From NCBI GenBank assembly GCA_037440465.1, contig JBBIUB010000003.1, positions 7,780 through 71,779 on the forward strand: a stretch of 64,000 nucleotides of DNA, written 5' to 3'. Origin of the DNA: Coprothermobacterota bacterium (lineage in GTDB: Bacteria; Coprothermobacterota; HKB111). Below the pieces are notes generated by a model. The model was not told the origin of the DNA. It ran no database searches and saw only the letters and a list, made by a program, of their open reading frames with translations. The position numbers were made by a program, and so were the translations under genes. Positions 8,846 through 17,598 of the stretch are shown here, one piece after another; position 1 is the stretch's first letter, and every line of letters starts with the position of its first letter.

Positions 8846-11428
8846 TTATACTTTCTTCAGTTCTTTTAATAAATTATTAAGTATATTTAAGATATTATTA
8901 AAGTTTGGTTTATTTTTAAATCCTCCCTGGCCAGCCTCGGCGTTTCCACCACCCTTACCACCCATTAAAAGGGCAAGCTCTGAGGCAATCTTTCCTGCAT
9001 TATAACCTTTAACTACTGCACCAGGAGAAGACTTGGTAAAAATATAACCCGCATCACTTCCAATTAGTACAATAACATATTCTTCAAGCATATTAGCAAG
9101 AACATCAGCCAGATTCCTAATCGCTCTGGGTTCAAGTATATCTAACTGAGAAGCTACTATACTAATATTTTCAATTATATAAGAATTCTTTATTATGTAA
9201 TCTTTATAAAGATTTACAATGTGAGTTAAAAGCCTTTCTTTATCTTTCTGTAGTTCCTTTACATTCTCTACCAACTTATTAACTCCTGAGAGTAAACCTT
9301 CAGACTGCCTTAAAAGATCCAAAGCCTTTTTCTGTTCCTGACGCATTACCTTCAAATAATCAAAGGCTTTAACGCCAGCTAATGCTTCTATTCTTCTAAG
9401 TCCTGTTCCTATTCCTTCCTCTTTAACAAGACAGAAAATACCTGCTTCCCCTGTACGCCTGAGATGCGTTCCGCTGCACAACTCCATACTAATATTATTT
9501 ATTTTAATAATTCTAACTTCACTACCATATTTTTCGCTAAAAAGAGCAACAGCTCCTATATTTATAGCCTCTTTATAAGACCTAATAAAAGAAATAACTT
9601 CAAAATCTTGAATTAGAAAAAAGTTAACCAACCTTTCAACTTCTTCAATTTCTTCAATAGTTAATGCTTTATGATATGTAAAATCAAACCTCAAGTAATC
9701 AGGAGATACTAAAGAGCCAGCTTGCTTAATTTGAGGACCTAAAACCTTTCTTAATGCTGCTTGCAATAAGTGTGTAACGGTATGGTGAGCTTCCATAGAT
9801 CTTCTTCTATCAATATCCACTATCAACCTTACTACTTCTTTATCCTCAATAGACCCCAACAGCATTTTAACGAGATGAATTATTCTCCCATTTGGTGCTA
9901 AATAAGTATCATAGATAAAGCCCTTGCCATTTTCTCCCTCTATCACTCCCTGATCGCTCAACTCCCCACCACCAAAGGAATAAAAGGGAGTAACATCTAA
10001 TATATATTCCCATGAGTCATCTTCTCTTCTTTCTTTTCTTAAGACTGTGGCTTTAGACTCAAGATAGTCATATCCGATAAATTTAGTAGGTGGTAATTTT
10101 TCAATATCTGTTGTAGAACCGCCATTATTAGTAAACTTTGGTTGATAGATACTCGTTGAAGATCTAGAAAGAGCTTTTTGTTTTTCCATCTCATCTATAA
10201 AAGACGGTTCAACAAGAGTAAAGTTTTCTTCTTCAAGTATCTCTTTCTGAAGCTCTAAAGGAAAACCATAGGTATCATAAAGGAAGAAAGCATCTTTTCC
10301 AGAAAATACCTGCATTTTATTTTCCTTCATTTTCTTTAGATGTTCATTAAAATAATCAAGTCCTTTACCTATAGTGCTTAGAAAACGCTCTTCCTCGGTT
10401 TTTACTCCTTCTTCTACCCAACGATGATTCTCTTTTAAAACTGGATAAAATTCGCCAAAAGAAGACACTACTCTCTCTACTATTTTATAAAGAAAGGCTT
10501 TCTTAATTCCATATTTATAACCCTTCATGAAGGCTCTTCTTATTAACCTTCTTAAGACATATCCTCTCCATTCATTAGAAGGTATAAGCCTTTCTGAAAA
10601 TAAAAAGGTTATCGCTCTGATATGATCAGCTATTATTCTGATTGGAACAATATTGCTCATATCTTTATACTCAATCCCAAGAACTTCTTCAGCTCTTGAT
10701 ATCACAGGCAGAAAAAGATCTGTTTCAAACACAGAAGGAGTATTCTGCAGTATGCAAGCAATTCTTTCAAGACCCATTCCAGTATCAATATTTTTTTGTG
10801 GTAATGGTACGAAGTTATTTTTATTACATGAGAATTGCATAAATACTAAATTCCAGAATTCAATAAATCTATCACCAGGAAACTCTTCGTGTCTGAATGA
10901 GCCAGATCCCCTATCAAAATATATTTCCGAACAAGGTCCGCAAGGACCCGTTTCCCCCATCCTCCAGAAGTTATCATCTTCGCCAAGGGAAATAATTTTA
11001 TTATCAGGAAGCCCGGCTATCTTCTTCCAAAGCCAACTGCTTTCTTCATCATCTCTGAAAATTGTAACAACCAGTTTGTCTTCAGGTAAACCAAATCTCG
11101 TTGTAATCAACTCCCAAGCCATAGAAATAGACTCTTCTTTAAAATAATCTCCAAAAGAAAAGTTACCAAGCATTTCAAGAAGCGTTACATGCCGAATTGA
11201 TGTCCCAATTTTATCAATGTCATTTACTCGCATACATTTTTGCACAGTAGTTATACGAGACTTTGGAGGGATTAGAGAGCCTAAAAAGTAAGGCTTAAGT
11301 GGAACCATGCCAGCAATAGTAAATAATAAGGTTGGATCTGAGGGAATAAGAGAGCCCCCCTCCAATCTTAGATGATTTTTTTCCTCAAAATAATTTAAAA
11401 AGAGTTCTCTTATATCTTTAGATTTCAT
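8846..11428 (-). CDS. alaS: Alanine--tRNA ligase
   Basis: DPTLLFTIAGM, GPCGPCSEI, IDTGMGLER, editing HxxxH (HTVTH) and ELCSGTH, C-terminal GGKGGG. Confidence 0.99.
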   Translation of the reverse strand: MKSKDIRELFLNYFEEKNHLRLEGGSLIPSDPTLLFTIAGMVPLKPYFLGSLIPPKSRITTVQKCMRVNDIDKIGTSIRHVTLLEMLGNFSFGDYFKEESISMAWELITTRFGLPEDKLVVTIFRDDEESSWLWKKIAGLPDNKIISLGEDDNFWRMGETGPCGPCSEIYFDRGSGSFRHEEFPGDRFIEFWNLVFMQFSCNKNNFVPLPQKNIDTGMGLERIACILQNTPSVFETDLFLPVISRAEEVLGIEYKDMSNIVPIRIIADHIRAITFLFSERLIPSNEWRGYVLRRLIRRAFMKGYKYGIKKAFLYKIVERVVSSFGEFYPVLKENHRWVEEGVKTEEERFLSTIGKGLDYFNEHLKKMKENKMQVFSGKDAFFLYDTYGFPLELQKEILEEENFTLVEPSFIDEMEKQKALSRSSTSIYQPKFTNNGGSTTDIEKLPPTKFIGYDYLESKATVLRKERREDDSWEYILDVTPFYSFGGGELSDQGVIEGENGKGFIYDTYLAPNGRIIHLVKMLLGSIEDKEVVRLIVDIDRRRSMEAHHTVTHLLQAALRKVLGPQIKQAGSLVSPDYLRFDFTYHKALTIEEIEEVERLVNFFLIQDFEVISFIRSYKEAINIGAVALFSEKYGSEVRIIKINNISMELCSGTHLRRTGEAGIFCLVKEEGIGTGLRRIEALAGVKAFDYLKVMRQEQKKALDLLRQSEGLLSGVNKLVENVKELQKDKERLLTHIVNLYKDYIIKNSYIIENISIVASQLDILEPRAIRNLADVLANMLEEYVIVLIGSDAGYIFTKSSPGAVVKGYNAGKIASELALLMGGKGGGNAEAGQGGFKNKPNFNNILNILNNLLKELKKV

Positions 11429-11443
11429 ACAAATATGGCATAA

Positions 11444-11473
11444 ATTTTACCACAAAAAGAAAAATTCTGTCAA
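11444..11473 (-). promoter_or_regulatory. Sigma70 promoter of alaS (TTGACA-18-TAAAAT with TG extension)
   Basis: Consensus -35 and extended -10 ending 15 nt before the alaS ATG. Confidence 0.7.
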
Positions 11474-11507
11474 TTTAAGTTGTGATAAACAACTTTTATG
11501 ACTATCA

Positions 11508-12278
11508 TTAAACGTTTAATAGTTCCTTTTTAAGCTTACTTAACGCCCTTCGTTGAATGCGAGATACTTGTACTTGAGATATACCTAACCTTTTAGCTAT
11601 CTCTGCTTGTGGAAAGTGGTCGTAAAATCTCCACTCAATAACTTTACGCTCATCAGTAGCAAGTTTTTCAAGTGCTTGTTCCAGAAACCTGCGTTCTTCC
11701 GTTTCTCCTTTATCGTAAGCTTGGTGTGATGCAAGATCATCAATACTTCTAACGCCATCTTCTTCTTCATTAGAAGAAGAGTCAAGAGAAAGAGCATCAT
11801 AAGAAGCGCCTGCTGCTATCCCCTCTGCAACTTCTTCCTCTGATACTCCAAGATTACTGGAAATCTCATAGAGGTTTGGGGTTCTTCCAAGCTCTTGAGA
11901 TAGAACATCTACTGTTTTTTGTATGCGTAAGCCTAACTCCTGTAATCTTCTGGGTACCTTTACATCCCAGGTTTTGTCTCGAAGATATCTTTTCATTTCC
12001 CCTAATATGGAAGGAATCGCAAAAGAAAGGAAATCTTTTTTAAACTCAGGATTAAATCTTTTAATTGCTTGAATTAAACCTAAAAATCCTACCTGTACTA
12101 AATCTTCTTTGCTAGATGGTGGAACTCTAAATCTTTGAGATAGATAATATACCATTCCCTCATATTGTTTAACCAATTTTTCAAGTACAAAAGGATTTTT
12201 CGAGGTCTTAAAACTCTTTAGAAGGTTTTCTACCTCTTCTTTAGATTCTAACCCTGGTTCATTTTTGAGAAGCAACAT
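11508..12278 (-). CDS. SigB/SigF/SigG-family alternative sigma factor
   Basis: DLVQVGFLGLIQAIKRF, FAIPSILGEMKRYLRDKTWDVKVPRRL, ALSLD, region 4 QAEIAKRLGISQVQVSR. Confidence 0.93.
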   Translation of the reverse strand: MLLLKNEPGLESKEEVENLLKSFKTSKNPFVLEKLVKQYEGMVYYLSQRFRVPPSSKEDLVQVGFLGLIQAIKRFNPEFKKDFLSFAIPSILGEMKRYLRDKTWDVKVPRRLQELGLRIQKTVDVLSQELGRTPNLYEISSNLGVSEEEVAEGIAAGASYDALSLDSSSNEEEDGVRSIDDLASHQAYDKGETEERRFLEQALEKLATDERKVIEWRFYDHFPQAEIAKRLGISQVQVSRIQRRALSKLKKELLNV

Positions 12279-12627
12279 GCTTGATAAGCCTTACAACTAC
12301 CCCTCTTCTTGTAGCCACCCAATCATAATTATCCAGTAGACATTGAAATAAAACACAAGTAATCTCTCTATCCATTAGACATACAAATCTTCTCGGAAGC
12401 TCAAGAGATAGGAAAAAAATGTCGTCAGATGTTTCAAAAGAAACTTTTACAGAACCACGTCTATAATTTTCCTGAAGTAAACTTGTTATCAAATCTGAAA
12501 GGACAAATCTTAAATCTTCCAAATCTTCATAATCAAGACCTGCCTCTTTGGCTGCTCCGGTAACAAAAAAATGAAGGAGTTTTAATGAAGAACTATCTAA
12601 CGGTAAAACTAATGATGGCTTACTCAC
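12259..12627 (-). CDS. RsbW/SpoIIAB-like anti-sigma factor, apparently kinase-degenerate
   Basis: N-terminus resembles RsbW (G..AGLDYEDLEDL..VLSD..T); overlaps the sigma gene; ATP-binding N, G1 and G2 boxes not recognisable. Confidence 0.65.
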   Translation of the reverse strand: MSKPSLVLPLDSSSLKLLHFFVTGAAKEAGLDYEDLEDLRFVLSDLITSLLQENYRRGSVKVSFETSDDIFFLSLELPRRFVCLMDREITCVLFQCLLDNYDWVATRRGVVVRLIKHVASQK

Positions 12628-12857
12628 TTCTCTTCTTCTAAAACTAAGTCCTCCTCACTTTTAAAGGTTTCAGAAATTGTTTTCTTTAAATCATCTGCTT
12701 TTTTTATGATCTCATCTTTGGCCTTCTTACTTACATCTACTATCTTATGGCGGGTCTCTTCTCCAGAATAAGGAGCAAATAGAACCCCAATGACTCCACC
12801 TATTACTAATCCCGCAACAAACCAACCAAGATTTTCTCCACACCCTTTTTCTGACAT
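12624..12857 (-). CDS. YtxH-domain general stress protein
   Basis: GLVIGGVIGVLFAPYSGEETR signature. Confidence 0.9.
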   Translation of the reverse strand: MSEKGCGENLGWFVAGLVIGGVIGVLFAPYSGEETRHKIVDVSKKAKDEIIKKADDLKKTISETFKSEEDLVLEEEK

Positions 12858-12862
12858 TTCAA

Positions 12863-13189
12863 TTACCTCCTTTTACTCTTTTTAAAAATTGATGCAGTTT
12901 TACTTGCTATACTCCATACTGTTTTCAAGCCTGTCAGTGCAGATACTGCACCTGCTATTGGTGGCAATATATTGACACTCGTTTTAGCTTGACCCAATAA
13001 TACCTTAACTTCCTTTAAAAATTCTTTTACTTCTCTCAAAAGAACTTTACCATCTTCGTCAATAAATCGATTCACTTTGGTAGTTAGATTATCAATTTTC
13101 TTATTAAGTGAGTAAAGAACTATTAGAAGTAAAAGAAAAGTCAACCATAATGGTAGTCCTACAACAAGAAATAATATCCACTCATTCAA
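12863..13189 (-). CDS. DUF948/YtxG-like membrane-anchored coiled-coil protein
   Basis: N-terminal TM, heptad region, basic tail; lies directly upstream of YtxH. Confidence 0.6.
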   Translation of the reverse strand: MNEWILFLVVGLPLWLTFLLLLIVLYSLNKKIDNLTTKVNRFIDEDGKVLLREVKEFLKEVKVLLGQAKTSVNILPPIAGAVSALTGLKTVWSIASKTASIFKKSKRR

Positions 13190-13602
13190 AGTAACTTAAC
13201 CTCCATTAAAACATCAAGGATTCTGGGTTTTATAATAACAAATTTATTTATAGTAAGTGCGATAACAATACCTATAACTAAACCTATTAATGAGCTAACC
13301 AAAGAACCCAAGCTACCCCATCCAAACATTTCTGCAGCAAGAATACCCAAAAATAATGTACAAGTAGGGAGAAAGAATAGCACTGTCGATGATTTAAAAA
13401 CTGATTTATCTGGTATTTCTATGACCACCTCATCACCCACAGATAACTCCCTACCCAGACTCTCAGGCACTTCTACCAGTATTACAACTCCACTCTCTGA
13501 ACATCCTTTATTACAGTTTTTACAAAAAGCGGGAGTACCTGGAAGACAACTCACTTCAGCTAATTTATTTCTAAATGTAATAACTTTTCCTACTCTTTGC
13601 AT
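13186..13602 (-). CDS. RseC/MucC (RnfF-like) family membrane Fe-S protein
   Basis: CKNCNKGC cluster, VGDEVVIEIP, LFFLP followed by two TM helices. Confidence 0.85.
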   Translation of the reverse strand: MQRVGKVITFRNKLAEVSCLPGTPAFCKNCNKGCSESGVVILVEVPESLGRELSVGDEVVIEIPDKSVFKSSTVLFFLPTCTLFLGILAAEMFGWGSLGSLVSSLIGLVIGIVIALTINKFVIIKPRILDVLMEVKLL

Positions 13603-13616
13603 GTCTCACTCTATAA

Positions 13617-13767
13617 AGACACCCCACCGTGCCGTTTGGGTTTGGTTGCACGAACCATGCTCTCAAAAGGTGGGGTCCTGCAAGATAAATATTTACCACC
13701 GGACCCCAGCATATCATTGTTAGGCCGTGCTTCCGCACCTTAAACACGCACACGGTAGGGTTATCCT
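13617..13767 (-). ncRNA. ssrS: 6S RNA
   Basis: GC-rich rod in AT-rich surroundings: closing stem CCCTACCGTGT/GCACGGTGGGG, inner GCACG/CGTGC, apical TGGGGTCC/GGACCCCA, central bubble, 3' CCCACCT..GGTTC..AACGGCAC pattern typical of 6S; ends approximate. Confidence 0.82.
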
Positions 13768-13773
13768 ATTTTC

Positions 13774-13782
13774 ATTATAGCA
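13774..13782 (-). promoter_or_regulatory. Extended -10 promoter (TGCTATAAT) of the 6S RNA
   Basis: TGnTATAAT just upstream of the predicted RNA 5' end. Confidence 0.75.
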
Positions 13783-13785
13783 CAT

Positions 13786-14616
13786 TTAATTATTTCCACT
13801 CTTTTTTCGATATGGTATTGGAATATACTGTACTGTGGTACTGGCTGGTGCTGGTTGAGGGTATAACTCCATAAGTTTGTGGAAACTTTCAGGGAATTCA
13901 TTACTAACTGAAAGACCTAAACCCACCGCATCTTCATAAGTAATAGGATAATCGTGGGTCCAGCGCCCCTCAGTCATTATCCTGGCTAAATCTTGGGCTT
14001 TTTCATCTCCCATTTTATCTTTTAACAGGTATTCTACTGTAGTACTTACCTGAAAAAGCGCCTTTCTGGCAACATCAGCCAGTATTAATATTTTATCCTC
14101 CACATCTTTTGGTTCTTTTAAGTCAAGAATTCTTACAAGAGAAGCTGCTGGATATTCATTTATCTGTGGATCAACTGGACCAAGTACAGAATTTTCATCC
14201 ATAACAATTTCATCTGCTGCTAAAGCTATCAAAGTACCTCCAGACATAGCATAATGGGGGATAAAAACGGTAACCCTCGCCAGATGTTTTTTAAGAGCAA
14301 ACGCTATCTGTTCAGAAGCTAAGGTTAAACCACCCGGAGTATGAAGTATCATGTCTATAGACATATCAGGTGGTGTCATCCTGATAGCTCTTAATACCTG
14401 CTCTGAATCTTCAATATTTATATACCGATAGAAAGGAATGCCAAGAAAACTAACTGATTCTTGACGGTGAATCATCACTATAAGACGCGAATTCCTTGCT
14501 TTCTCAATCTTCCCCATGAAATTAAGACGAGCAGCTGTAAGCATTTTTTTCTGCATGGGAGAGATTAAGAACATAATAATTAAAATCGCCCAAAAAATAT
14601 ATGATATATATCCCAT
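13786..14616 (-). CDS. SDH-family ClpP-fold serine protease (DUF114)
   Basis: ILHTPGG, YAMSGGTLIALAADEI, LGPVDPQ, WTHDYPI; N-terminal TM. Confidence 0.9.
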   Translation of the reverse strand: MGYISYIFWAILIIMFLISPMQKKMLTAARLNFMGKIEKARNSRLIVMIHRQESVSFLGIPFYRYINIEDSEQVLRAIRMTPPDMSIDMILHTPGGLTLASEQIAFALKKHLARVTVFIPHYAMSGGTLIALAADEIVMDENSVLGPVDPQINEYPAASLVRILDLKEPKDVEDKILILADVARKALFQVSTTVEYLLKDKMGDEKAQDLARIMTEGRWTHDYPITYEDAVGLGLSVSNEFPESFHKLMELYPQPAPASTTVQYIPIPYRKKSGNN

Positions 14617-15261
14617 TTAGAGAACACCTCTCCTTTTATCGAATATTTTTGCCCAAGTATAACCTGTGATAAAACCTCCTATATGAGCCCACCAGGCGAC
14701 ACCTCCTAGTAGGTCTTGAGTTGCTAAGCCAGTTACGCCATATAAAAGTTGAAGGACAATCCATATTCCCAGAAATACATAAGCAGGGAGGGCTACAACG
14801 GTCGCCAACCACCCTAAAAATACGAAAGTCAGGATCCTGGCGCGCGGGAAAAATACAAAATACGCCCCGAGAACCCCAGAAATTGCACCACTGGCTCCAA
14901 CTAAAGGTACCCCTGAAGATAAATCAGTTAATGAGTGGGTTATTACAGACACTACACCCGAAAAAAAATATAAAAATAGGTAGTTAATATGCCCCAATTT
15001 GTCTTCAACATTATCCCCAAAAATCCATAGAAAAAGCATATTGCTAAGAAGATGAATAAACCCGGCATGGATAAAGATTGAGGTGAACAGGGTAAGATAC
15101 GAAAAGTGAGCTGGAGTAAAACCATATGTATATATGAATTGTTCATATTGATATGAGGATAAAAAGAACATAAATACTGCTATTAGTATGTTTATAACAA
15201 TAAAAAAAATGTTAAAATATGAAAATGTTTTAGAAGGTATATTATCTCTAAGAGGTATCAT
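14617..15261 (-). CDS. Rhomboid-family intramembrane serine protease
   Basis: MIPLRD start, H..F.HL..NM.FLWIFGDNVE, GASGAI, AWWAHIGGF. Confidence 0.95.
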   Translation of the reverse strand: MIPLRDNIPSKTFSYFNIFFIVINILIAVFMFFLSSYQYEQFIYTYGFTPAHFSYLTLFTSIFIHAGFIHLLSNMLFLWIFGDNVEDKLGHINYLFLYFFSGVVSVITHSLTDLSSGVPLVGASGAISGVLGAYFVFFPRARILTFVFLGWLATVVALPAYVFLGIWIVLQLLYGVTGLATQDLLGGVAWWAHIGGFITGYTWAKIFDKRRGVL

Positions 15262-16016
15262 TCTTTAAAATCTTCCAGTACGCGTTGTTTTAAAGCTTCG
15301 TAAAGAATAATAGCTGTAGCAACAGATACATTAAGACTATCAGTCTTTCCTTTCATGGGAATCCTTAATAATAGATCGCACTTCTTTTTTATATTCCCTC
15401 TTAAGCCTTTACCTTCGCTGCCTACTACCAAAAGAAGGGGAAGTAATAGATCAACTTCAAAATAATTCCTTTCACCCTCAGGATGAGCTCCAAAAATCCA
15501 GAAGCCTTTTTCTTTCATTATATGAATAACAGAAAGAAGGTTTTTTACTCGGGCTATCTTAAGATGAAATACCGCCCCAGAAGAAGCTTTTGCAACAACT
15601 GAAGTTAATGGAGCTGTCCTTCTTTCTCCCATGATCACCCCTGAAACACCAGCTCCATCAGCACTTCTTAGAATAGCCCCAAGATTGTGGGGATCTTGAA
15701 TTTCATCAAGAGCTAAAACTACGGGGTATTTTTCTTTATCTAATACTTTAATTATCTCCTCAAGAGAATAATAATTAAAAGAAGAAGTGACACCTACTAT
15801 ACCCTGGTGATTTGAGGTACCACACATCTTACTCAGGGTCTCTTCCCTGACCCTTCTCACCGGTATACCATTTACCTTAAGAACAACAAGGATATCGCCC
15901 TTGAAGTGTAAAGAAATATACACCTCTTCAAAATTCTTGCCCGCTAAAAGAGCTTCTTCTATGATTCTTCTACCGTAAAGGATTTCTCTTTGGATTTCGG
16001 TAGAATCTTGCGCCAT
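15258..16016 (-). CDS. rlmB: 23S rRNA (G2251-2'-O)-methyltransferase RlmB
   Basis: NHQG, DPHNLGAILRS, GSEGKG, SLNVSVA SPOUT motifs. Confidence 0.93.
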   Translation of the reverse strand: MAQDSTEIQREILYGRRIIEEALLAGKNFEEVYISLHFKGDILVVLKVNGIPVRRVREETLSKMCGTSNHQGIVGVTSSFNYYSLEEIIKVLDKEKYPVVLALDEIQDPHNLGAILRSADGAGVSGVIMGERRTAPLTSVVAKASSGAVFHLKIARVKNLLSVIHIMKEKGFWIFGAHPEGERNYFEVDLLLPLLLVVGSEGKGLRGNIKKKCDLLLRIPMKGKTDSLNVSVATAIILYEALKQRVLEDFKE

Positions 16017-17391
16017 CAGGTGAGTCCTGAATTATGAAACCTTCTTTCTCCAGCTCTGCTCTAAGACCATCTGCTTTCGTATATTCACCCATTTTCCTGA
16101 GTTCCTCTCTCCATCTTAAAATTATTTTTATCAGAGCTTCTTCTCCTTTATCTTCATCCAACTGCAAACCAAAAATATCAAATGCTCCTAATGCCAACTC
16201 CAGAGCTTCACCAAAAACTTTTTTAGAACCTCCCTTGATTTTACTAAGCTCTCCCAAAAAAGAGAAAAGATGCCCAAGAGACGCTGCGTAATTAAAGTCA
16301 TCATAAAGGGAAGCATAAAAACTATCTCTAAAATTGTTGTTTAAATCAACAATATTTTTGTCTTCAGAGTGTCCTTCCTCATCGCTACCCTTAATAACAT
16401 TAATAGATAGTGAGAAGAGACCTTCTTTTAATTTGATTAAAGCCTCTACTCCTTCCTCCATTAGTTCTGGATAGAAATCTAAAGGACTTCTGTAATGACT
16501 TTTTAGGAGTACCAGCCTGGTTACCATAGGGTCGTAACTTCTAAAAATATCTTTTAAGGGAATAAAATTTCCCAGAGATTTTGACATCTTTGAAGCCTTC
16601 AGATTAAGAAGCCCTACATGAATAAAATATCTTGAAAATGGACCACAACCAGCATAAGCCTCAGATTGCGCAATTTCGTTTTCGTGGTGTGGAAAAATTA
16701 AGTCCTGTCCTCCTCCATGAATGTCAAAACTCATTCCAAGATATTTTATACTCATCGCAGAGCATTCAATATGCCAACCAGGTCTTCCTCTTCCCCAGGG
16801 GCTGTTCCAGGAAAGTTCTCCTGGTTTAGCCTTTTTCCAGAGGGCAAAATCAACCAAATCTTCTTTATCTTCTCCTGGCTCAATCCTTATGTGCTGACGT
16901 AATTTCTTAATAGATTGACCACTAAGCTTGCCGTAATCAGGAAACTTTTTTACTCTGAAATACACATTACCATTAGACTCGTACGCAAACTCATTCTTTA
17001 CAAGATTATCTACCATTTCAATGATTTCTATAATATGAGCAGTGGCTCTGGGATAAAGTGTGGCTGGTTTAACATTTAGTTTCATCAAATCCTCAAGACA
17101 AGACTCTATGAATCTTTCTGCAAGGAAAAGCGGGTGCTCACCAGAAGCATTGGATCTGGCAATAATCTTATCATCAATATCTGTGAAGTTAACTATATAT
17201 GTTACATCATAACCAGCTTTCTCAAAAATCCTCCTTATAACATCAAAAGTTACAAAGAGTTTTGCATGACCAATATGGGTGTAATCTTGAGGAGTAAGTC
17301 CACAAGTATATATTTTTACCTTTCCGTTATAAGCAGGAACAAATAGTTCTTTTTTACCAGTTAAACTGTTATGAATGAAAATTCTTTCCAA
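15970..17391 (-). CDS. cysS: Cysteine--tRNA ligase
   Basis: [43 protein letters not shown]; start placed at TTG 17391 behind GGAGG (track gives 17409). Confidence 0.98.
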   Translation of the reverse strand: MERIFIHNSLTGKKELFVPAYNGKVKIYTCGLTPQDYTHIGHAKLFVTFDVIRRIFEKAGYDVTYIVNFTDIDDKIIARSNASGEHPLFLAERFIESCLEDLMKLNVKPATLYPRATAHIIEIIEMVDNLVKNEFAYESNGNVYFRVKKFPDYGKLSGQSIKKLRQHIRIEPGEDKEDLVDFALWKKAKPGELSWNSPWGRGRPGWHIECSAMSIKYLGMSFDIHGGGQDLIFPHHENEIAQSEAYAGCGPFSRYFIHVGLLNLKASKMSKSLGNFIPLKDIFRSYDPMVTRLVLLKSHYRSPLDFYPELMEEGVEALIKLKEGLFSLSINVIKGSDEEGHSEDKNIVDLNNNFRDSFYASLYDDFNYAASLGHLFSFLGELSKIKGGSKKVFGEALELALGAFDIFGLQLDEDKGEEALIKIILRWREELRKMGEYTKADGLRAELEKEGFIIQDSPDGARFYRNPKRNPLR

Positions 17392-17409
17392 GATGGCCTC
17401 CAGTACCAA

Positions 17410-17592
17410 CTAATCAATAGCTGGAGGCGTAGGAGGACCAGGAATAACTGGCCTGGGAAGAGGATCTTGAGAGTTAATCTTTGGATTAGTGTCACTTTCG
17501 TTTTTATTGATTGAAGTAAAATAACTAATAATTACTCCGCTAAAAAGAAGCAACAAAAAAATTGCTAAAATAATCAAAAATCTTTTTTTCAA
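17410..17592 (-). CDS. Small membrane/secreted protein with Pro-rich tail (60 aa)
   Basis: Fills the gltX-cysS gap, GAGGA SD, basic-hydrophobic N-terminus, PLPRPVIPGPPTPP tail. Confidence 0.6.
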   Translation of the reverse strand: MKKRFLIILAIFLLLLFSGVIISYFTSINKNESDTNPKINSQDPLPRPVIPGPPTPPAID

Positions 17593-17598
17593 TTTTTT

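Noticed and set aside
13421-13753. ORFs 13421-13723 (+) and 13571-13753 (-)
   Set aside because: They overlap rseC and the structured 6S RNA, which explains the sequence better.
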